64,000 nucleotides of DNA from an uncultured Candidatus Saccharibacteria bacterium. Lineage in GTDB: Bacteria; Patescibacteriota; Minisyncoccia; Phycocordibacterales; Zambryskibacteraceae. This document shows, piece after piece, positions 19,815 to 28,692 of the stretch; positions within the stretch are counted from its first letter, which is position 1; the number at the start of each line of letters is the position of its first letter. A program made the position numbers and the translations under genes. The notes under the pieces are model-generated. The model searched no databases and had not been told where the DNA came from. It saw nothing but the letters and a program-made list of their open reading frames with translations. Location: NCBI GenBank assembly GCA_964383705.1, contig CAYLHJ010000001.1:37659-101658 (forward strand), written 5' to 3'.

Positions 19815-19950
19815 GGTGTGCGAAAAACTTCGCTTACCGATTTTTACTATAATTCTACGAAATATCTATTTTCCCAAAGAGTCATATAGTGATAGTGGTA
19901 GGAAATGAACTGAAGACGGGCGGTATTATCGTAAGCGGCAGGCGAAATTT
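19815..19950 (-). ncRNA. Candidate 6S-like RNA / structured rny leader
   Basis: Promoter TTTACA-17-TATAGT (20009-19981, minus strand); long-range pairing of 19831-19840 with 19929-19937; position directly upstream of rny. Confidence 0.4.
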
Positions 19951-20029
19951 TTAATTTAATTTTTAAAAAGTAACACTATGACTATATAAGATTTTTTCTT
20001 TGTTGTAAAGCTGTAGTTTAAATTCGGTT

Positions 20030-20614
20030 CTATGAGTTTTTTGGCTTTAGGATTTTATCTACAATACCGTATTTAACGCCTTCTTCTGCAGTCATAAAGT
20101 AATCTCTATCCACGTCTTTTTCTATTTGTTTTTCGGTCTTTCCTGTATTTTCAGCCATTATTTTATTTAATCGGGCGCGAAGTCGAAGAATGTTTTTCGC
20201 TCTAATTTCAATATCAGTTGCTTGCCCCTGAGCTCCTCCAAGTGGCTGGTGGATCATAATTTCAGAATTCGGAAGTGCAAAACGCTTACCCTTCTTTCCA
20301 GCTGACAAAAGCCATGCTCCTCCAGAAGCAGCCATACCAACACAAATCGTTGAGACATCTGGTTTGATGTGGTTTATTGTGTCTATCATTGCCAAAGTCG
20401 CACTTGCGGAGCCACCTGGAGAGTTTATATATAAATAGATATCTTTTTTTTGATCCTCTGATTCAAGAAATAAAAGTTGCGCAATTATTAGGTTGGCAGT
20501 GTAATCATCAATTTCTCCTCCCATAAAAACTATCCTATCTCGCAGAAGTCGAGAGTATATATCATAAGCTCTTTCACCAAATTGGGATTTCTCTATAACT
20601 GTTGGTATTAACAT
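20030..20614 (-). CDS. clpP: ATP-dependent Clp protease proteolytic subunit
   Basis: [27 protein letters not shown]. Confidence 0.95.
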   Translation of the reverse strand: MLIPTVIEKSQFGERAYDIYSRLLRDRIVFMGGEIDDYTANLIIAQLLFLESEDQKKDIYLYINSPGGSASATLAMIDTINHIKPDVSTICVGMAASGGAWLLSAGKKGKRFALPNSEIMIHQPLGGAQGQATDIEIRAKNILRLRARLNKIMAENTGKTEKQIEKDVDRDYFMTAEEGVKYGIVDKILKPKNS

Positions 20615-20719
20615 AAATTATGGTTATTCAATGGTATGTGCGTATACTACTAGAACTATTTTTTTTTGCAAAATTAAATAAACTTTGCACATTTTTTTGT
20701 GGCGTATATAGTGAATTCC

Positions 20720-21415
20720 ATGCGGTTACATCGTTTTTTCGTTAATCAAAAAATAGGTAACAATAAAACCATCTCTGTTGTGGACCCTTCTTTGTATAAT
20801 CAATTGAAAAACGTTTTCCGTTTCACTGTTGGTGGCCAAGTTATCCTTTTAGATAACAGCGGATTTGAGTTTCATGCAATGATATCGGATTTTTCTCATG
20901 GTGAGATCAGCTTTGCTGTTGTTTCAAAAAAAGAGAGCAAGAATGTCCCAAGTCGAGAGATGCATCTTTTTTTCTCCCTTCTCAAAAAGGATAATTTCGA
21001 ATGGGTGCTTGAAAAAGGGACAGAGCTTGGAGTAGCGATTTTTACTCCGATTCTTTCAGATAGAAGCGAGAAGAAAGCAATAAATATTGAACGTGCTCAA
21101 AAAATACTTAAGGAATCAAGCGAGCAATCTGAAAGATCTTCCATGCCGATACTAAAACCCCTAATTGATTTGGAAGATGTTTTAAACCAAGATTTTCCCT
21201 GTTTTGCTTTTCATCCAAAAGGGGATACGTTTACTATCGAGCACACTCAAAATTTTTCTCCGCTAGGAGTATTTATTGGGCCAGAAGGAGGTTGGACTGA
21301 TCGAGAAATATTTTTAATGAAAAAAAATAATATCAAGATTTATTCACTAGGGGATAAGGTCTTGAGGGCCGAAACAGCTTCTATCGCGGTCGCTTCTCTC
21401 ATACTTTTGCAATAA
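20720..21415 (+). CDS. rsmE: 16S rRNA m3U1498 methyltransferase
   Basis: EKGTELGV, IGPEGG, LRAETA. Confidence 0.92.
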   Translation: MRLHRFFVNQKIGNNKTISVVDPSLYNQLKNVFRFTVGGQVILLDNSGFEFHAMISDFSHGEISFAVVSKKESKNVPSREMHLFFSLLKKDNFEWVLEKGTELGVAIFTPILSDRSEKKAINIERAQKILKESSEQSERSSMPILKPLIDLEDVLNQDFPCFAFHPKGDTFTIEHTQNFSPLGVFIGPEGGWTDREIFLMKKNNIKIYSLGDKVLRAETASIAVASLILLQ

Positions 21416-21416
21416 A

Positions 21417-22478
21417 TTAACTTTGATTTTCTAGAAACTCAAAAACCTTTTCGTTTGTAAGTGCTGTTGCAACATATATCCGCACCTTAAGGGGGTCGGC
21501 GTCCCTATGAATCATGAGGATTTTTTCTGTTTGTCTCTTTATTTCATCACTATCTGGGGTGATTTTTTCTTTCTCAGATATTTTTGAGAGAATTAATTGT
21601 ATTTTAACTTTTTTGTCTGCGGTATTTTTCCATTCATTTCTTAAATCCTCAACTTTTTTATTTATTTTTTTTAAGTATTCATCTAGAGATAATCCAGATC
21701 TTGAAATATCTCCTTCAAATTCTGCTAGCATTTTGTCTAATTCGTTTTCAATAAGAATAGAAGGTATATCAATAGATACGTTTTTAATAATGTTTTCCAT
21801 TATTTCAAGCCGAACCTTTTCTTTCTCTTGGCGATTTTTTTCTTGTGTAAGATTTTCTTTTATCTTGTTTTTTAAATCAGTTATATCTTTAAAGTCACCA
21901 AATTCTTTTATCAATTCGTCCGTAAGGGGGGAGAGGTCTTTTTCTTCGATGGGTTTGTGGTCGTGATTGGTTATATTTTCTTTTTTGTGCAATTCCATGT
22001 GAGCATGGTGTTTCCTGATTTCTAACAAAACATCGTCAATTTCTTTTTCAGAAACCGAAACACTTTCTTTTTTTGGCAAGATTTCTTTGGCTGTTTTTTT
22101 ATAATCTGGAAGTGAAAACGTTGGCAATATTGCAATTACAATACGAAAACCAAGCGGGTTATTTCTTGCAATTTTTGTCAGAGTTATGCTCGGTGAGCCG
22201 ATGACTGCTAATTTATACTCTTCAATAATTTTTATATATTCTTCTTCAAGGGCAGATTTTGCGGCGCTTTCTAATATATGCATTTCTCCGACTTTCTGGA
22301 GAACAATATTTTCTGGTACATGCCCTTTTCTAAATCCCGGCATTTCGATCTCTGTTGCCGCTTTTTTAAGTGTTTCCTCGAATTTTTTATCAAAAAAAGA
22401 TGTTTCAATTTCTCCGATAATTTCTATCTCTGACTGGGGCAGATTGTTAATCTTTATATTACTGTAATTTTTCTTCAT
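21417..22478 (-). CDS. tig: Trigger factor (short, apparently lacking the FKBP domain)
   Basis: PGFRKGHVP ribosome-binding motif; only 353 aa. Confidence 0.88.
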   Translation of the reverse strand: MKKNYSNIKINNLPQSEIEIIGEIETSFFDKKFEETLKKAATEIEMPGFRKGHVPENIVLQKVGEMHILESAAKSALEEEYIKIIEEYKLAVIGSPSITLTKIARNNPLGFRIVIAILPTFSLPDYKKTAKEILPKKESVSVSEKEIDDVLLEIRKHHAHMELHKKENITNHDHKPIEEKDLSPLTDELIKEFGDFKDITDLKNKIKENLTQEKNRQEKEKVRLEIMENIIKNVSIDIPSILIENELDKMLAEFEGDISRSGLSLDEYLKKINKKVEDLRNEWKNTADKKVKIQLILSKISEKEKITPDSDEIKRQTEKILMIHRDADPLKVRIYVATALTNEKVFEFLENQS

Positions 22479-22509
22479 ATGGCTTTAGAGTCTATAGAAG
22501 ATGAAGTTT

Positions 22510-22547
22510 TAAATCAAGAATCCCGCAATAGCGGGATTCTTGATTTT
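22510..22547. terminator. Intrinsic terminator
   Basis: AAATCAAGAATCCCGC-AATA-GCGGGATTCTTGATTT. Confidence 0.75.
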
Positions 22548-22569
22548 CTTAGCTTTTTTATATGGTTCG

Positions 22570-22758
22570 CTAATTTAAAATCAACTCATCAGGATTTTTT
22601 GTTTCTCTGTCTACTCGTTGCCCCAAAAAATATAGTCCTCCTAGAATAATAATTAGGATTATTATAATTATTCCTATAGTAGAACCAATTGACTTCTCTT
22701 CTTCGGGTTTTGGATTGAAACTGTTTTGAGTCGTTGGAGTCTCTTTTTGTGGTTCCAT
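22570..22758 (-). CDS. Small single-TM protein
   Basis: SIGSTIGIIIIILIIILGGLYFLG. Confidence 0.65.
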   Translation of the reverse strand: MEPQKETPTTQNSFNPKPEEEKSIGSTIGIIIIILIIILGGLYFLGQRVDRETKNPDELILN

Positions 22759-22844
22759 ATGTTTTTATCAATAAATATTGCCACTCTCACTAATTATAGA
22801 TTAAGTCGGAGTATTTTCCATGACTTAATCCATAATTTCAATGT

Positions 22845-23375
22845 TTATTTATTCGTAAACTTTTCTTGATATAACTTCTGACTCTCTTTGAAAGCGTCTA
22901 ATGCTTCTTTTTTGCCGTGGAAACCAGTTATGAGAACTTCTTTGTGTTGGAGTTTCTTATATGTGCTGTAAAAGTGTTCAATCTCTTTTATGGTGTGTTT
23001 ATTGATATCTTTCAAATCTTCAACATGTTCCCATCTTGGGTCATCTATTGGTACGGCAATGATTTTGTCATCTTGAGAGCCAGAATCAATCATGTTCATA
23101 AGGGCGACTGGCCTAACTCGTACCAAAATGCCAGGAGCGAATGGATATGTTGAAAGAATTACGACATCAAGTGGATCGCTGTCATGCCAAAGTGTTTGAG
23201 GTACGAATCCATAATCAAAAGGGAAGTCTTGTGCGCTGTGCATCGCTCTATCAAGGGCGATCAGGCCGGTTTTCTTATCTATTTCGTATTTATTTTTTGA
23301 ACCTTTGCCAATTTCGACAATAACATTAATTTTCTCCTCTATTCCAGAGGAAATATCGTGCCACAAATTCGTCAT
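22845..23375 (-). CDS. ppa: Inorganic pyrophosphatase
   Basis: NKYE, DYGFVPQT, DSDPLD, DDK. Confidence 0.93.
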   Translation of the reverse strand: MTNLWHDISSGIEEKINVIVEIGKGSKNKYEIDKKTGLIALDRAMHSAQDFPFDYGFVPQTLWHDSDPLDVVILSTYPFAPGILVRVRPVALMNMIDSGSQDDKIIAVPIDDPRWEHVEDLKDINKHTIKEIEHFYSTYKKLQHKEVLITGFHGKKEALDAFKESQKLYQEKFTNK

Positions 23376-23400
23376 AGAAACTCAATATTAATTAAAACTT

Positions 23401-24573
23401 TTAATTCTTTTCACTCAAATTATTTTCGGATGAGGCAACTTCTGATTGAGCGTCGGCTTGTGCCAAGTTCTCTCCTTTTGTTGATTGAATATCAATTTTC
23501 CAACCAGTTAATTTTGCCGCGAGACGAACATTTTGCCCACCACGACCAATAGCTAGAGATTGCTGGTCTTCTGACACTTCAACTTTCGCTTCACTTGATT
23601 CTTCGTTTATTGTCACAGAAAGAATCTTTGCTGGAGAGAGCGCGTCTTCAATAAATTTCTTTGGATCAGCGGACCACTCAATGATATCAATCTTTTCTCC
23701 ACCCAATTCGCTCATAACTGTTGAGACTCTGACTCCACGTTGTCCAACCATTGATCCGACTGGATCAACATGATCATCTTTAGAGAATGCGGCTATTTTA
23801 GAACGATACCCCGCTTCTCTGGCAATTGCTTTAATTTCTACAACACCATTTGCAATTTCTGGTGTTTCTTGTTCAAAAAGTTTTTCTAATAGTTTTGGGT
23901 GTGAACGTGAAAGGCGAAGAAAGATACCTTTTGGACTTTCTTCTACCCTATAAAGATAAGCTCTAATTCGCTCACCTTGGCTATATCGCTCTCCCGGAAT
24001 CTGTTCTTCGTAAGGAAGAAGTCCTGTTGCTCTGCCCATATCCACGAAGATATTTCCTCTCTCAATTCTTTGGACGGTGCCAGAAACAATTTCTCCCTCA
24101 CGTTCTCCAAATTCTCCAAGCACTGAGACTTTTTCTGCTTCCCTTATTTTCTGCATAATGACCTGCTTTGCGGTTTGTGAAGCAATTCTTCCGAAATCAC
24201 TCTTATGTTCAAGGGGGAATATTATTTCTTCATCGAGCTCAACCCCTTTCTTAATTTTTTTTGCGTCTTCTATCCACATATGATGCTCAGGGTTGAAGAA
24301 TACTCTCAAATCATCCGCAGCCCTTTCTGATTCTTGGCCTTCAGGTACATCAATAACACGTGTGTCATCCACAACAATCTTTACTTGAAAGAAATCTGTC
24401 TTTCCAGAATTTATATCAAATTTTGCTCTTACAATTTGCCCGCGTTTCCCATATTCTTTTTTATACGCAGTTGCAAGGGCCATTTCTATAGCTTCAATGA
24501 TTTTTTCTTTTGGTATACCGCGCTCTTGCTCAAGCTGGTCGAGTACGGAATTAATAACTTTTAAATCAAACAT
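23401..24573 (-). CDS. nusA: Transcription factor NusA
   Basis: AREAGYRSK, GGEKIDII, AIGRGGQNVRLAAKLTGWKIDI. Confidence 0.95.
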   Translation of the reverse strand: MFDLKVINSVLDQLEQERGIPKEKIIEAIEMALATAYKKEYGKRGQIVRAKFDINSGKTDFFQVKIVVDDTRVIDVPEGQESERAADDLRVFFNPEHHMWIEDAKKIKKGVELDEEIIFPLEHKSDFGRIASQTAKQVIMQKIREAEKVSVLGEFGEREGEIVSGTVQRIERGNIFVDMGRATGLLPYEEQIPGERYSQGERIRAYLYRVEESPKGIFLRLSRSHPKLLEKLFEQETPEIANGVVEIKAIAREAGYRSKIAAFSKDDHVDPVGSMVGQRGVRVSTVMSELGGEKIDIIEWSADPKKFIEDALSPAKILSVTINEESSEAKVEVSEDQQSLAIGRGGQNVRLAAKLTGWKIDIQSTKGENLAQADAQSEVASSENNLSEKN

Positions 24574-24680
24574 AATTTTTATTTTTTAAAAAAATGAGCC
24601 CGCCTTTTGGGCGAACTTCTAAGCAATAAATAATAACAGGGTAAAGTATACACCTATTTTTACTTTTGTCAATTGTTTAA

Positions 24681-24718
24681 CAAAAACCCCGCAACAAGTT
24701 CTCACTCATTGCGGGGCT
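24681..24718 (-). terminator. Terminator downstream of the orphan metalloprotease gene
   Basis: Minus strand CCCCGCAA...TTGCGGGGTTTTTG. Confidence 0.6.
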
Positions 24719-24779
24719 CGTAATACATATATTCCCAAGTCACAATCTGAAGCTCCGTCATCACCCGAGTTCATTCGGT

Positions 24780-26081
24780 TTATCTGAAGACGGTTGGGGT
24801 GCTATTGTTTTGCTCACCGAGTAGCGCATTGACGAAGCCAAATGTCGCACCATTTTCCATCTGGATTCGTCTTACTTGCTGGAAGAGTTGGATGTAAGCG
24901 ACGTCCTTCTTGGTGGTTGTTTGCGAGATATTGTAGTTGTACGGACTCCCCGCAGGACAACCAAACATCACAGTAAGCCATCCGCAGCTGTGACCAAAGC
25001 CCAGACCATGAATGAGCTCGTGCTGGATGATCGTGGAGTTGCGAAGGGCGAGAGTTCCTATGAGAGAGATCCCCCCAAAGTCGAAATAAAGATCGCCGTC
25101 GACGAGTTGAGCCGCGCCAAAGCCGGTCTTTGATTGACTTGGGTTGATTGTTGCAAGGAATCCTCTATCGGGGGCTAATTCCGTGATCATTGCTGGCCTA
25201 AAGAGATCAATCCCGAAACTTGCCTCCAGATCAGCAACCCCACCATTCCAAAAAGCAGAGGAGTCAGAGGCCGAGATCGAGTCTGGCCAGCTTCTTCGGT
25301 CAAAGGCAAGCGGTATTGGGAAGTCTTTCCAAATTCCACCACTCTGAAGATTGGGGATGAAGAGGAAACTATCCCAAGCCACTTGCGTTTCAGCTATCTG
25401 AATATCAACCTCTATGCCCGAGAACAGTCCAGCTTGGATTACCCATTTCTTGGGTATAGAGACGAAGGTTATCTTGGTAGTCAGGGCTGTTAGCCGAGGA
25501 ATGCTCGCCTCAGATCGATAGTACGAGTTGTTTGGGCTGATGACTACCACATCAAGGAAATTCCCCATCTTGTTTCTTACAGAGATTGGGGCGGAGATGT
25601 GTCCTAGGCCTGAATTGTCAAGCAGAAGGGAATCTCCCCATGAACCAGAGGACATGATTACCTTGAAGCCTGACACATTGTCATAGCCCTGGGGGCTGGC
25701 CCCGTAGACCTGAACCACCAAATTCGGCGGTGGAACAGCCCTCATTGTGGCTGTTGCGGACTTAACTCCTCCGTCACCGGTGCAGGTTACAGAGAAAGTT
25801 GAATCTTTGTTCAAGCTCGAGGTGAAATTGTAACTGCCAGACAGCGATATACTGTCTTTCCAAGAGCTTGTGCAAGACGAGGCGTTTTCAGAAGACCAAG
25901 ACACGGTCTTCAGAGCGGTGTCACCAATTTCAACTGAAGTAGGTGAGATGGAGACACTTACAGATGGCGCTACTGGCGGTGGTGGAGGGGGAGGAGGCGG
26001 GGGCGGTGATGGTCCGGTTCCGTCTTTGCCTGAACATGCAACAATACCAATCGCCAGGATAAGCATTCTGTGATAACGCAT
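24780..26081 (-). CDS. Putative lipoprotein with poly-Pro linker and metzincin Zn-protease domain (SD-class orphan)
   Basis: Lipobox-like IVAC, poly-Pro run, HELIHGLGFGH plus downstream TVM; GC-richer than flanks; AAGAGG SD. Confidence 0.75.
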   Translation of the reverse strand: MRYHRMLILAIGIVACSGKDGTGPSPPPPPPPPPPPVAPSVSVSISPTSVEIGDTALKTVSWSSENASSCTSSWKDSISLSGSYNFTSSLNKDSTFSVTCTGDGGVKSATATMRAVPPPNLVVQVYGASPQGYDNVSGFKVIMSSGSWGDSLLLDNSGLGHISAPISVRNKMGNFLDVVVISPNNSYYRSEASIPRLTALTTKITFVSIPKKWVIQAGLFSGIEVDIQIAETQVAWDSFLFIPNLQSGGIWKDFPIPLAFDRRSWPDSISASDSSAFWNGGVADLEASFGIDLFRPAMITELAPDRGFLATINPSQSKTGFGAAQLVDGDLYFDFGGISLIGTLALRNSTIIQHELIHGLGFGHSCGWLTVMFGCPAGSPYNYNISQTTTKKDVAYIQLFQQVRRIQMENGATFGFVNALLGEQNNSTPTVFR

Positions 26082-26110
26082 GGGAAACCTCTTTGGTTAA
26101 TATATGTATG

Positions 26111-26122
26111 TGTTAAAGAGCG
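26111..26122 (-). promoter_or_regulatory. boxA-like element in the 5' leader
   Basis: CGCTCTTTAACA matches the rrn boxA core GCTCTTTAACA. Confidence 0.5.
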
Positions 26123-26174
26123 GAGTAAGTTTGTCTAAAAAAATTATAAAATTTAAAACGGATGTATGTCAATG

Positions 26175-26183
26175 TTATCCACA
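26175..26183 (+). promoter_or_regulatory. Perfect DnaA box in divergent intergenic region
   Basis: TTATCCACA. Confidence 0.55.
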
Positions 26184-26282
26184 ACTTGTTTGGAATATTT
26201 TCATGAATTTGAGGATTATTTTATGTTATTATTAGGAGTCTAAAGGGGTTTATTGTTCTTTTATCTTTATTTTATTTTTAAT

Positions 26283-26792
26283 ATGGAGCCACAAAATCAA
26301 ATTAAGTCAACACCTAAGGGCGTTTCTCTTATCATCATCGCCTTCATCGGTCTTTTGGTCATTGCCTATTTAATGAGCGTTTCTTTCAAGAATGATGAAG
26401 TTCGAGATGAGAAACAATATACGAAAGAAAATGTTGAGGTCAGCAAGGTAGATCTTGCTACAGCCCAAGGTGATGGAAAAATTCCAAGCGGTTTTCCTAA
26501 GGATATTCCTGTTGAAGTAAATGGTATTTTTGAGAGCCTTTCGAGTAATTATAAAGATAGAGGAGTAATTTTATATAAGCTCAGTTATTCCAGCGGACTT
26601 TCATTGGACGAAGCTTACGATTTATATGCTCAATATCTTTCTAAGGCCAAATACACTCTAGATGGTGGGACAAAGACAGAAAATACCAGATCTCTTTTTG
26701 GTAGAAGAGGAGATGATAGTTTTTCGGTAGTTATTGCAAAAGCTGTGGATGGATTAACAACGGTTCAAATTTCTTATACAGATAGACAATAA
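26283..26792 (+). CDS. Membrane-anchored hypothetical protein
   Basis: N-terminal TM; IPSGFPKDIP motif. Confidence 0.65.
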   Translation: MEPQNQIKSTPKGVSLIIIAFIGLLVIAYLMSVSFKNDEVRDEKQYTKENVEVSKVDLATAQGDGKIPSGFPKDIPVEVNGIFESLSSNYKDRGVILYKLSYSSGLSLDEAYDLYAQYLSKAKYTLDGGTKTENTRSLFGRRGDDSFSVVIAKAVDGLTTVQISYTDRQ

Positions 26793-26805
26793 TTAAATAA
26801 ATTAC

Positions 26806-28602
26806 ATGTCAACCAATTTTAATTTCATGAGTATTAAAAAATTATTATTTTTTTCGGCCTTTTCTCTCTTTATCTTTTTTGTTGGAACTAATGGTTCTTT
26901 CGCAGCACAAAGCGGTGGTGGTACTCCTGGTGGTTGCGCCATTAACTTCTTTAATCAAGTTTCTGGTGTAACCCCGGGTGGGCAACAATTTGAAGGCAGA
27001 TATCTTCGATGGGATATGACTACTGGTTGCACCTATGCAACTATCACTGTTCCTGGTTCGAATGCTCCAATAAATAATGTAAGCAATATTGGCCAAGCGG
27101 TAATAGGTCTCCCAGGTAATATTTATAATGGGAACTATGTTTTGACGGCTCAAGACAGTTCGGGTAATCAAGTAACAGCAAGCGTATACTATGGAGCCAA
27201 ATCAATCGCAGCTTGTGATATTAGCTCTTGGAATGTTTTCACTGGCCAACCAAACCCTTCAGTTTCCGTTGTTCAGTGGACAGTTTCAGGTTGTGCTGGG
27301 GGATATGATATGTATTTGAATGGTGCCCCCGTATCTGGAGGTTCGGCCAACATGTCTTCTGGGGTTAATACTTTAACTCTTTATCAGAGGTCGGTTGGAC
27401 CATCATTTCTCACTGACACAGTAAGTTTTAATTTTAATCCAACATCTGGTGGTGGCGGTGCTGGTTATGGGAGTATAACAGTTGTACTTTCGGGAATTGC
27501 TGATCCTAGCGGTGTTGATTGGATTGTTGGGCCTGGTGGTTATACAGGAAATGGTAGCGCAAGTACTGTAATTAATATCCCAAATGCGGATATTTCTCCG
27601 ACTACTGGTACAACTTTTGATATATCTGGCCTAACCTATCCGGGTTGTTCTTACGTTGTTACTAATAGTGATGGTGGAGGTTCTTCACTTCTTATGTATC
27701 AATCAAACGATAAAGCTTTTTATGTTGATTATAGTAATTGTGGCGGGTCTTCTCTTACTGTAGATATAAAAGCGGACGGTCTAGACGGTCCAATGTCTAT
27801 TTCCTCAGGGCAATCAGTTAATTTAACTTGGGCTTCAACTGGCGCCACGTCGTGCTCTGGAAGCAATTTTTCAACTGGTGGTGCAACAAACAATATTACA
27901 GGAGTTTCATCTGGCGCACTGACGTCAACGAAAATTTTTCAGGTTGATTGTACAGACGGTGTTTCAACTGTCTCAGATAATGTAAAAGTTCTGGTTGCCT
28001 TCGGTTCATCTTTTGACTATTCATTATCAAATTCAGGTGATGTCTATGTAACCCAAGGTTCAAGTAATGTTCAAGTCCAATCAATTATTGATAAAAATCT
28101 CGTCACTGGTACTTCTCAACCAGTTACTTTATCTGCCTCTGGATTGCCGGCCGGTGTAACTTTGACTTATGCAAATCAAAATTGCTCTCCTACCTGTGCT
28201 TCGACTTTGACTTTTACAATTAGCCCAACCGCCCCAACAGGAACTCATAGCGTAACGATACAAGGTGATGGTGGTGGGGTTGTTAGAACTACATCTTTTG
28301 ATTTGATTATTAGCCCTGCTCCAACAATATCTGTTACCTGTACTCCATCTCCTTCTCCAGCTTCTGTTGGTCAATTGGTTACATGGGATGTAACAGTTTC
28401 TGGTGGAACTGCTCCGTATTCATATGCCTGGTCTGGAACTGATTTTGCTGGAACTCCAGCAACAGATCCGTATACCTTCACTTATCAAACTACGGGAGCA
28501 AAAGTCGCCACAGTTACTGTGACAGACAGTGTCGGAGTACAGGGATCTTGTGCGGCGACAGTTCTTCAGGTTAAGGTAAAACCAACATACGAAGAATTTT
28601 AA
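26806..28602 (+). CDS. Secreted G/S/T-rich multi Ig/PKD-like surface protein
   Basis: Signal peptide; LTWASTGATSC, GGTAPYSYAWSG repeats; C-terminus PTYEEF. Confidence 0.7.
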   Translation: MSTNFNFMSIKKLLFFSAFSLFIFFVGTNGSFAAQSGGGTPGGCAINFFNQVSGVTPGGQQFEGRYLRWDMTTGCTYATITVPGSNAPINNVSNIGQAVIGLPGNIYNGNYVLTAQDSSGNQVTASVYYGAKSIAACDISSWNVFTGQPNPSVSVVQWTVSGCAGGYDMYLNGAPVSGGSANMSSGVNTLTLYQRSVGPSFLTDTVSFNFNPTSGGGGAGYGSITVVLSGIADPSGVDWIVGPGGYTGNGSASTVINIPNADISPTTGTTFDISGLTYPGCSYVVTNSDGGGSSLLMYQSNDKAFYVDYSNCGGSSLTVDIKADGLDGPMSISSGQSVNLTWASTGATSCSGSNFSTGGATNNITGVSSGALTSTKIFQVDCTDGVSTVSDNVKVLVAFGSSFDYSLSNSGDVYVTQGSSNVQVQSIIDKNLVTGTSQPVTLSASGLPAGVTLTYANQNCSPTCASTLTFTISPTAPTGTHSVTIQGDGGGVVRTTSFDLIISPAPTISVTCTPSPSPASVGQLVTWDVTVSGGTAPYSYAWSGTDFAGTPATDPYTFTYQTTGAKVATVTVTDSVGVQGSCAATVLQVKVKPTYEEF

Positions 28603-28622
28603 GAATATAGAAAATAATTACT

Positions 28623-28660
28623 AAAATAAAAAATCCTCAATGCTGAGGATTTTTTATTTT
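28623..28660 (+). terminator. Intrinsic terminator
   Basis: AAAATAAAAAATCCTCA-ATGC-TGAGGATTTTTTATTTT. Confidence 0.75.
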
Positions 28661-28692
28661 GTCTTTGTTACAATAAAAGTAATAGAATTCTC

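Noticed and set aside
25974-26006. G-rich run as a phase-variable simple repeat
   Set aside because: Pro codons are mixed (CCG/CCC/CCT/CCA), indicating protein-level selection rather than a slippage tract
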